A stretch of 57,589 nt of DNA from Candidatus Bathyarchaeia archaeon (GTDB lineage Archaea > Thermoproteota > Bathyarchaeia > 40CM-2-53-6), in NCBI GenBank assembly GCA_050012535.1, contig JBEKGZ010000001.1:1-57589 (forward strand). Direction: 5' to 3'. The notes beneath the pieces were generated by a model that was not told the origin of the DNA, searched no databases, and saw nothing but the letters and a program-made list of their open reading frames with translations. Numbering within the stretch: the first letter of the stretch is position 1; every line of letters begins with the position of its first letter. Of this stretch, positions 1-7,679 are shown piece by piece. Both the position numbers and the translations under genes were made by a program.

Positions 1-202
1 TCCTTTTTGCCTTCTCCACTGCCTCTAGGCTCGCTAGGAACTTTCCTGCTGCAAGCGGCAGTGGAACGTAGGTCTCGGTGTCACGAGAACAGTAGGGGCG
101 TCGTAAGTTGAACCGTCGTTCTCGGATCGATTTGTGTGTATGTGCGCACCAAGGTACCCGACGACGACTGTTAGGGTTCAGGTGACCGCCGGCAGATTCC
201 TG

Positions 203-1240
203 TCAGTCATCACCTTCAAAATACGTCTTGGCAAAGTCTCCCACTATGTCTTGGTACTTCTCAATGGCAGGATGTGGTTTACGTAGCTTCATAGCGTAGG
301 TACCTGCTTCTCTTGCTAGATCTCTGAATACAGACGATTGCACCCTGTCCCCAGACTCCTTGGTCAGGTAACCGATCAAAGCGTTGACGACAATTCTTTC
401 CAACCAAAGCATTGCCGGAGCTCTTATCTCAATTCGTTTGTCGTCTCTTGGCGCCACGTATACGATGCTTCTTCTCCCAAGAAAGTCCGCCATGCTGACG
501 GGGCTAGGCAAGTCCTCTCCATCGTGAACGAAACTATTGCGTATGAAGTATGCGGAAAGTAATCTCTTTTTGAGTAGATCTATTTCTCCTTCAGCCGCCA
601 AGACACCAGTTGGCAGATACTTGCAGATGAACTCCACGAACTTCACGGAACTCGGGATTCTCCTCGATCTATTCCTCTTAAACTTGGAACCATAGAAACT
701 CTCATACAGGGTCCATGCCACGTCACTTTCCCGAATATCCATACTGTTGGACAGACACTCGATTGCCACAACTAGCAGAAAGAACGAGACAACAGGTTCC
801 CTGTCATATATTGAGACAGCTTGGCGGTATCTCTTACAAGCATTAACAAGTCGCTTTCGCTGCTCGTCACTCAGACTGCAGAATCGCGAGTAGTGTTCCT
901 TTGCGGCCTCAAAGTTGAATGGTTTTTTGCTCAAGACGTACTTCCTTTCTAATGTGACAATATTCTCTTTGTTCCACAGTCCTGCTTGAAACTCGCAGTT
1001 CGATAGTGAGATCAACGAGAGAAATGAGAGGAAGTAATTCGCTTCGAGTTTTACCAGGTTGAAGAACATGTCTTTTGGAAGCGGACCGGGTTCGGCTTCA
1101 AAGACCAGAATAGCCTCGGAATTGTCGGTCGAAGGTATTTGTTCGATAGCGTAGTCTCCAATGGGTACCCTACCCGTGTTGTCCGGAACGAAATTGTTTG
1201 ACCTGAACCTTATTCTCACTTCATTCTCAGTAGATTCCAC
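203..1240 (-). CDS. Hypothetical protein with HEPN-type Rx4H motif (Apea/Abi-like putative RNase or toxin)
   Basis: 345-aa ORF. RNSFVH (Rx4H, residues 234-239, nt 524..541) sits in the helical C-terminal half. No housekeeping family recognised. Lies in the ORF-poor stretch downstream of the tRNA-like gene. Confidence 0.5.
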   Translation of the reverse strand: MESTENEVRIRFRSNNFVPDNTGRVPIGDYAIEQIPSTDNSEAILVFEAEPGPLPKDMFFNLVKLEANYFLSFLSLISLSNCEFQAGLWNKENIVTLERKYVLSKKPFNFEAAKEHYSRFCSLSDEQRKRLVNACKRYRQAVSIYDREPVVSFFLLVVAIECLSNSMDIRESDVAWTLYESFYGSKFKRNRSRRIPSSVKFVEFICKYLPTGVLAAEGEIDLLKKRLLSAYFIRNSFVHDGEDLPSPVSMADFLGRRSIVYVAPRDDKRIEIRAPAMLWLERIVVNALIGYLTKESGDRVQSSVFRDLAREAGTYAMKLRKPHPAIEKYQDIVGDFAKTYFEGDD

Positions 1241-1540
1241 CAGGCTTCACCCCGAGAAACAACCGGTCTCACACCTTTCTATAGGTTCTCAGTAGCAGAC
1301 TGACGGCTAGGGAACTTGAATAGGAAGCGTGTCGAAGTGACGCACTATAAGGCGTTGCAGAGCGAAACAACAACTCAAGTTCGATGGTTTCTGCGCGTAC
1401 GCGAGCGCCTAGAAGGGGTGCTGTAAAGTCTCCGATTGACGGCTTTTGGGTTTGGGCTGTCAAAATTCGGTTGATTCATTCAAAATATGAGTTCTCCGTT
1501 AGAAGGTAACGCGTCATTGTTGTTTGGTATGGAGGGCTGT

Positions 1541-1777
1541 TTACTTTCGTTTGGTTGGATTCCGGCTTCTCCACATGTCAATACATATGCCAAGAACCAG
1601 TGTGATTAGTACTATAGCAATTACAAACTCAGGCACACTTACCGTAATTCTTCCACCTGCGAATTTTGAGTTCCAAGTCCATCCATGAACAGCGTATGCA
1701 ATAAGCGTCGAAAGGCAAGCAACAAAAGTCAATCCGACACAATACTTTACAATACGCTTTCCAAGTTTAGTACTCAA
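1541..1777 (-). CDS. Small hypothetical membrane protein
   Basis: 78-aa ORF with two hydrophobic helices (VGLTFVACLSTLIAYAV and FVIAIVLITLVLGICI) and a basic C-terminus. No homolog recognised. Confidence 0.35.
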   Translation of the reverse strand: MSTKLGKRIVKYCVGLTFVACLSTLIAYAVHGWTWNSKFAGGRITVSVPEFVIAIVLITLVLGICIDMWRSRNPTKRK

Positions 1778-2834
1778 ATTACTTCACACTCTTTTTCATT
1801 ACCGACAAATAAAGATCGGCGTTCTTCCGCATCTAGGCTCGCAAAGGGTTCCTTAGACAACCACCATTTGACGCCTTCATATACAAAAACATGGCCCATC
1901 CGACGAAAGGTAACAGTCAGTCAGAGGGGGTCCGTACGGAACCCGTCCGACGAGAACGTACCAAAGCACTAGAAGGGGCGCAATGACAGGCAAATACCCA
2001 AACCGGGCATGGCGAGAAAAAGGACTTGTTGATTGGCAAACAGAAAGAGCCATATGATAAATCTCCATACTAGATTGCTTATCCTGACAACACAGAAAGC
2101 CCGCTTCGTTATTGGTCCAAGTACACGGAGGTTCTCTCAGTGAAAGGGTGCTCGGGATGCACTCGTGACGGGAATTGCCCTCTTCAAGAAATGGGAACGA
2201 AAACAAACAGAGTCTGTAGATGGCGTGTCGAAAAGCTAGAGGAGGCACAATGCTAACCCAAGGGTATCGTGGTCGCCGTTACCGTATCTATTTCAGTGGT
2301 GACGGCGATTCTGCTGATACAGAAGTTCGGAGCGACGTGGAATGTTGTCCCCGTAATGGTTTTTGCAATCATTGTGTCCACGATACAGGGTGCTCTGAAT
2401 AGACATCCGCCGATGCCGAACAAGTGCAAAGAACAGCCATCAACCGAACGGAGCCGCTATCCGAGGCTAAGAAGAACATGTTTAGAGTGGATCTCATCCT
2501 GGTGGGCGTCCCATGATCCTGTTTATTTCCGAGCAACGCAACAGTCCAAGCCATGGATGTGTCACCCGCCATGAGCAAAGTAGGAGAAAAGGTACTGCCA
2601 CTCATGGAAGGTGGCGGGCCCGCGGGGTCTCGCGTCTCTGTTGTATCCAGCACGCCAGTATGCAATTGTTTGTAAGACTAGACGCTCCTACCAGAGGCTT
2701 CTCAGCAGTGGAATGCTCTTGGATCGTGTTTATGTCTCGGCAATGCAACACCTGATGGCAGCGAGGAAGTCGACGCTGGGAACCCCCAACCACCAAGGTC
2801 CAAACCGAAAATTCGACGCAGCAACCCATCAATT

Positions 2835-2857
2835 GTGGGTAAGCCCAATTTACCCAC
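2835..2857. repeat. Perfect 8-bp inverted repeat hairpin (gtgggtaa-gcccaat-ttacccac)
   Basis: Read directly from the sequence. Lies about 50 nt 3' of the tRNA-like gene in minus sense. The loop motif agcccaat recurs at 2882..2889. Confidence 0.6.
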
Positions 2858-2950
2858 GAATTACCCAGAACGTACCGAGACAAGCCCAATCAAGTATGGA
2901 AGGATGGTGCGGCCGCCGGGATTTGGACCCGGGTTAGAGGCTTGGGGGGC

Positions 2951-2973
2951 CTGCGGCGAGGCTCATTGCTCGT
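2951..2973 (-). other. Putative BHB intron 2 of the tRNA (in the anticodon stem, position 29/30)
   Basis: RNA sense: ACGG-AGA-CGAG-CAAUGAGC-CUCG-CCGC-AGG. The inner helix has 4 bp, the central helix has 3 WC pairs plus A-C, and the two bulges are 3 nt each. Excision creates a perfect 5-bp anticodon stem GAGGC/GCCUC. Confidence 0.5.
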
Positions 2974-2990
2974 CTCCGTCTTAGACCAGG

Positions 2991-3012
2991 TTGACCACCG
3001 CACATGGCGGTT
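2991..3012 (-). other. Putative BHB intron 1 of the tRNA (in the D-loop, about position 15/16)
   Basis: RNA sense: GUCU-AGA-ACCGC-CAUGU-GCGGU-GGUC-AAC. This is a central helix (3 pairs plus a U-U mismatch) followed 3' by a 3-nt bulge on each strand, with a 5-bp inner helix. Excision yields the canonical D-loop AGCCUGGUCUA. The junction register is ambiguous because UGGUC is repeated. Confidence 0.4.
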
Positions 3013-3178
3013 CTAGACCACGGCCTCGTGGAGGCACATGTCCTCACGCACCCCTGATCCGGCCCTTTCGGCCGCATTCCACAACTACCCAGTTCAGTCA
3101 TAAAACAATGTACCTGCTAGAGGGGTCCAAACGCGGGCGCCAAAAGCGTTTTCTCTCCCAAACTGTATGCCTTGAATC

Positions 3179-4612
3179 ATGAATCTTTCAAGCTGGTGCA
3201 CGGTCGACGAAGCACTGTACGTCGCGTACGCTAACGAGGAATGGCGTCAGTATGCCGGTTTCAGTTACAGCGAATCGTTCATGAAATCCATTTCTGAGAA
3301 ACGAATCAACCACGCAAAGGATTTCTTATCAGAGTTCAAGGAACCGAGACGCCTGTATCTTGGCAAGGTTTACGATGTCGCGGACGCGTCGAAGACACCG
3401 CTCAAGCTCGAGCTGTACCGAAAACGTGAGCACGACATCGTTTCCAAATCCTATGAAGTGAATGGCAGGGCGGTGACATGGAACAGCTGGAGACAATTCA
3501 GCGCTCAAACGGGATCCTCTGCGGATCGAAAGGCGGTCTTCGACGAGTTCGTCGGCAAAGTGGACCTAGTAACGCCAACGATCAAAGGGATGTTTGAGAA
3601 GTCGAAAGAGGTTGAGAGCCAGTACCGCACGTCGCCACTCCAAGTGTACCTGCAATTGGAGGGTCTTGAGCTCCAGCAACTGAAGGATCTCGTGAAGACA
3701 CTTGGTCATGCCGCCAAGAAACCGTTCGCCGGGCTGCTCGAACACTACTCTCAGGAACTGAACGGCAGATCTGCCGAATACTACGATGATCTCTACTATT
3801 TCCGGGGTAGAATCTTCGAAGCTCTAGACCCAGCCTTCAAGAGCTATAGCCCGGTCACTGAACCTGAGCGCGTGTTGGCGAAACTCGGTTTCCCTGTTAA
3901 GAGGCTGCAGACAGATGCGGAGGAACGGCCGGGAAAGCACACTTCTCCGATATGTTTCGGGGTTCAGATCCCGAATGATGTGCGACTGCTTGTGCGTCCG
4001 GTGAAACCGTTCACCGACATGGAGAGCTCCATGCATGAGCATGGACACGGTATGCACTTCATCTCAATCTCCGAGGACGCGCAGTACTGGGACAAGTACA
4101 CGATCCCAAACGGGGTCGCCGAGATATTCTCCACGCTCATCGAACGACTCATGAAGAAGCGAACTTTTCTGACGAAACAGTTCAAAGTGTCGAAAGAAGT
4201 TGCCGAGGAAGCCATACAACGCACGAGATTCATGGAGCTGTATTTCCTTACCTTCTATGCAGCCAACTCGCTAATGAAGATCGAATTCTGGGAAGAGAAC
4301 CTATCAATGGAGGAAGCGAACGACCGATACGAACGGTACACAGAGCAATTCATGGGCATGCGCCTACCCGGCAAATACTGGCAGCTGCATCACGTAATGC
4401 CAGACTTCGACCTATACTCTCCAAGCTACATGGTCGCCGCAGTCCGCGCAGCCGAACTTGATCGGAAGCTAGAGAACCTCTTCGGAGCAAACTGGTGGAC
4501 CGATAAACGCGCCGGCAACTACATACGCACCGTGGCGAAGGATGGAGCAAGCATCAAGCTGTCACGATTCTCCAAACTCGATACTCGACCGTTCCTGAAA
4601 GACCTGCTTTGA
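3179..4612 (+). CDS. Zinc metallopeptidase, HExxH type (M3 / oligoendopeptidase F-like)
   Basis: 477-aa ORF with the motif MHEHGHGMHF (HExxH), helical throughout. Confidence 0.55.
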   Translation: MNLSSWCTVDEALYVAYANEEWRQYAGFSYSESFMKSISEKRINHAKDFLSEFKEPRRLYLGKVYDVADASKTPLKLELYRKREHDIVSKSYEVNGRAVTWNSWRQFSAQTGSSADRKAVFDEFVGKVDLVTPTIKGMFEKSKEVESQYRTSPLQVYLQLEGLELQQLKDLVKTLGHAAKKPFAGLLEHYSQELNGRSAEYYDDLYYFRGRIFEALDPAFKSYSPVTEPERVLAKLGFPVKRLQTDAEERPGKHTSPICFGVQIPNDVRLLVRPVKPFTDMESSMHEHGHGMHFISISEDAQYWDKYTIPNGVAEIFSTLIERLMKKRTFLTKQFKVSKEVAEEAIQRTRFMELYFLTFYAANSLMKIEFWEENLSMEEANDRYERYTEQFMGMRLPGKYWQLHHVMPDFDLYSPSYMVAAVRAAELDRKLENLFGANWWTDKRAGNYIRTVAKDGASIKLSRFSKLDTRPFLKDLL

Positions 4613-4752
4613 GCGTTTCGAGTCTTCTGAGCCTGAACTGCGACAACCTGTTCCGTACTGGTGCCGACTTCGCCATTGGGGCGACCCAACCCCCCCAGGA
4701 GGGACCCCCCTCGTGGCTCAGGATTGGGCCTTGCCAGCTGACCTAGACGATT

Positions 4753-6970
4753 TTACGCTTCTAGGAAGTCTGCTGCCTTGTGAGGTTCAGGTGGTAGGCC
4801 CTTCCTCTTTCTGATATCTGCGATTACCTGGTTGATCATTGATCCCGGCACTGATGCCCAGTGGGAGAACTCTAAGCCCCAGAAGGCTCTTCCAGCTGAC
4901 GCGCCACGCATGACTTCTGACAAGTCAAACGTCTCTGATGTGGGAAGTTCGCCAACAACGTACACGAGGTGCCCTTTCTGTTCCACCGAGAGGACCTTTC
5001 CACGTTTCTGAGAGATAACGCTAGTAGCAGCTCCTAGCAGGTCGGGTGGTGCCTTCACTGTGATCTTCTGGACAGGCTCGAGGAGTGTTGGGTTTGCCGA
5101 CATGAAGCATGCGAAGATCGCTCTCTGAGTCATAGGCATGATCTGTGCTGGTCCTCGGTGGACTGGGTCTTCGTGGACTGATACGTCAGTTACCTTGACC
5201 TTGATCCCTCGAATAGTCTCGTATGCGAGCGGTCCCTCTCTGAGGGCCTGGCGGTAGCCATGGAGAATGTGGTCTTTGATTTCCTGGAGATACTGTGCTC
5301 CCTTCGTGACTTCGATCAACATGTTTCCGGAGTCTTCGACAGCCCACACGCCGCGTGCCTCATCGGGTGGCCATCCTTTGTCTCGGAGTACTTTCGCCAT
5401 GGCGTGTTTGTCCTGGTACTCGCTGATGTCGCCTTTCTTGATCATGTTGATTGTTTCCTCGTCGAGCGGTTCGACTTGGATGTAGATCTTGTTGTGCCTG
5501 TTCGGTGATCTACCTTCCAATGGGCCCGCCGAGCCACGCACGGTTTCTCGATAGATCACAATCGGGTTCGACGTGACAATTTCGAGTCCTGTTTTCGTTA
5601 TCAGCGTGTTTGCGATCTCCAGGTGGAGTGTGCCCATGCCGGCGATCAGATACTCCCCCGTCTCCTCATTGATCTTGGTAACAAGGTTCGGGTCTTCAAT
5701 CGACAGTCTTCTCAGAGTTTCAATCAGTCGCGGCAGGTCTCGGCTAAACTTCGGCTCCACAGCCATTGTGACGACCGGTTCAGTAACGTACTTGACCGCT
5801 TCGAAAGGCACAACATCCTTGTCCTGTGAAAGCGTCTCGCCCGCTCTGGCTGCGTCGAGTCCTAGAAGCGCGGGTATGTTGCCCGCAGTGATCGTGCCTA
5901 TGATCTCTCTGTAGGGTCCCATGAATATGCAGACCTGCTGGATCCTCTGATCCACTCGGGCGCCAACAAGGTGAATTGGCGTCCCTTCTTTGAGGGTGCC
6001 CGAAAAGAGACGCCCTACTGCGACAACCCCCGCCTGTGGGTCAACTACAATGTTCGTAACTGCTAAGACGGCAGGCCCATTTTCATCGCAGTTCATCATC
6101 GCCTTCCCAACATCGCTATTCAGATCGCCTTTCCATATCTTCGGGATTCGGTACTTCTGTGCGACGTGAGGCGGAGGCATCGCCTCAATGGCCATGTTCA
6201 GTATGGCTTCATGCAGCGGTGCCCTTTCGCGCAGCTCCGCCACCTTGTCGTTCAAGTAAGCGTCTACGACATCCGAGAATTTGATGCCCTTGTTCTTCGC
6301 CACCTCCGCGTTGAATCCCCATCGGTCCTTCGCAGATCCCATAGCGACAGTGTTTCCTGCGAAACTGACTGACCATTTCTCACGATATTCGGGCTCCGCG
6401 TAGAGAATGATAAGTCGGTTGAATTCAGCAATAATACGTGTAATCCTTTCTTGGATTTGGTCAGGTGAAAGTCTGAGCTCCTTGATCAGTCGGTCAATCT
6501 TGTTGATGTACAGAACTGGGCGAACTCTGTCCTCTAGGGCTTGCCTTGTCACAGTCTCAGTCTGTACCATGATCTCCTCGACTGAGTCGACAACTACGAC
6601 GGCACCGTCAATGGCGCGAATGGAACGTGTTACTCTACCAGAGAAGTCAACGTGTCCTGGGGTATCAATGAGGTTGATGACGAACGCGCTTCCCTCGCGT
6701 TCATGCATTAGGCTAACGTTAGCGGCCTTGATGGTCATCTGGCGCTTCTGTTCCTCTTCCATATAGTCTAGGGCTAGAGCTGTGCCTGCGACGTTGGGAG
6801 ACAAGAGACCAGCGGCCGCTAAGAGCGAGTCACTCATAGTGGTCTTGCCGTGGTCGACGTGCGCGATGATCCCGATATATTCCGGGCCAGGCTGATGCCT
6901 ACGCCTTTCGGATCTGGTCCCTGTTCTCGATGATCTTCATGATCTCCGTTGTTGTCTTGTAACGGGGCAT
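4753..6970 (-). CDS. fusA: Translation elongation factor 2 (aEF-2), interrupted by a 28-nt BHB-type intron (exon 1 6907..6970, exon 2 4753..6878)
   Basis: Motifs present: G1 [9 protein letters not shown], G3 DTPGHVDF, G4 NKIDR and the diphthamide site HEDPVHRG. The N-terminus MPRYKTTTEIMKIIENRDQIR is in another frame and ends at TAG 6899..6901. Splicing restores [17 protein letters not shown] and a 729-aa product. Confidence 0.85.
6879..6906 (-). other. Putative BHB (tRNA-endonuclease type) intron within the aEF-2 mRNA
   Basis: mRNA sense: UCCG-AAA-GGC-GU-[AGGC-AUCA-GCCU]-G-GCC-CGGA-AUA. The 4-bp central helix (6909..6912 with 6881..6884) is followed 3' by a 3-nt bulge on both strands. There is a 3-bp inner helix and a terminal 4-bp hairpin. 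Length is 28 nt (3n+1), matching the frame offset. Confidence 0.7.
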
Positions 6971-7021
6971 CTCATTCTCCTATCTTCACTTTGAAAGTGG
7001 GCTGCACAACCTTCAGATGGC

Positions 7022-7029
7022 TTTTATAC
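7022..7029 (-). promoter_or_regulatory. Candidate TATA box for the aEF-2 gene
   Basis: Minus sense aaGTATAAAAgcc lies about 55 nt upstream of ATG 6970. AGGAG sits 8 nt before the ATG. Confidence 0.35.
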
Positions 7030-7100
7030 TTTTTCCAGCTTCGAATCCGCTACGGACAAAAAAGACGTGATATTCGCGGGTTGTCCGGGGAGGTTGCGAA

Positions 7101-7673
7101 ATGAGCGGGTGGGTGATTTGGCTCACTGGCATGCCGGGCAGCGGCAAGTCCACACTCGCTCGCCTCGTCGTTAGACAGCTTCATCGTCGCGATGTTGCCG
7201 CTCAGGTGCTCTCAATAGAAATGGTAAGAGAAGTTCTCACACCGAGACCCAAATACACTGAGCAAGAGAGGCATGTTGTCTACAGCACCCTCGTCTTCGT
7301 CTCCACAATGCTTGCCCGGAACGGTGCCAATGTGATCATTGACGCAACAGCGAACAGACGTAGGTACCGTGATCAGGCAAGGCGGGGCATCAGACGATTC
7401 GCGGAGATCTACCTCAAATGCCCGCTTCAGATTTGTATGGAGCGTGAGAGAGGACGCAAGAGAAGATTTGGAGCGCCGTCCCATATCTATGCCAAAGCAA
7501 GAACGGGCGCGAGCAAGACCGTTCCAGGGATCGGCGTTCCATACGAAGTACCGCTCTCTCCTGAGCTCACAGTGGATACCTCGGAGCTCAAACCCAAAGA
7601 ATCGACTGAGCAAATAACACGGTTCGTCTTGACCAGATTCCATCGTCCCCGACGGATCACCGCAAAACGCTAG
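7101..7673 (+). CDS. P-loop kinase, adenylylsulfate kinase (CysC)-like
   Basis: 190 aa. N-terminal Walker A WLTGMPGSGKSTLA, with size and layout typical of APS-kinase-like NMP-kinase folds. Confidence 0.55.
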   Translation: MSGWVIWLTGMPGSGKSTLARLVVRQLHRRDVAAQVLSIEMVREVLTPRPKYTEQERHVVYSTLVFVSTMLARNGANVIIDATANRRRYRDQARRGIRRFAEIYLKCPLQICMERERGRKRRFGAPSHIYAKARTGASKTVPGIGVPYEVPLSPELTVDTSELKPKESTEQITRFVLTRFHRPRRITAKR

Positions 7674-7679
7674 TGTTTT

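Larger units (their letters stand above)
2905..3027 (-). tRNA. tRNA-Gly(CCC)-like gene with two putative non-canonical BHB introns and encoded CCA
   Basis: Minus-sense 3' part is canonical: T-arm CCGGG-TCCAAAT-CCCGG, acceptor CGGCCGC, A73, CCA. Removing 2991..3012 and 2951..2973 gives a 78-nt cloverleaf. Its elements are acceptor GAGGCCG, D-arm GTCT-AGCCTGGTCTA-AGAC, anticodon arm GAGGC-CCCCCAA-GCCTC and variable loop TAAC. Deviations are an A2-G71 mismatch, C33 and C55. Confidence 0.55.

Noticed and set aside
2092-2106. RNase P RNA CR-V-like string acagaaagcccgctt
   Set aside because: No matching CR-I (GAGGAAAGUCC) or complementary P4 strand lies within 250-350 nt on the same strand. It is likely chance similarity and needs an Infernal scan to settle.
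1877-2937. Overlapping 60-123-aa ORFs on both strands (e.g. 1877..2248, 2269..2574, 2369..2665, 2602..2889, 2611..2937)
   Set aside because: They are mutually overlapping, Cys/Arg/Pro/Ser-rich non-protein-like translations with no motifs. Only 2269..2400 shows a hydrophobic start, and it degenerates afterwards.
3028-3075. GCGGCCG at 3069..3075 (minus sense) as the true 5' acceptor strand, with a third 48-nt intron that would repair the A2-G71 mismatch
   Set aside because: No helix-bulge-helix arrangement can be drawn at the required junctions. The segment instead forms two independent hairpins (CGGCC-GAAAG-GGCCG and CGUGAGG…CCUCCACG), consistent with a 5' leader.
4753-6970. aEF-2 as a frameshifted pseudogene or a simple sequencing indel
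   Set aside because: The gene is otherwise intact and essential. The disruption is a 28-nt block, not a single base, and its excision at BHB-predicted sites restores the exact consensus P-loop context. An assembly artefact cannot be excluded without reads, so this caveat is stated in the finding.
7040-7048. T-loop-like ttcgaatcc motif suggesting a tRNA upstream of EF-2
   Set aside because: The flanking bases (ccagc and ccgct) cannot form a T-stem, and no cloverleaf can be built.
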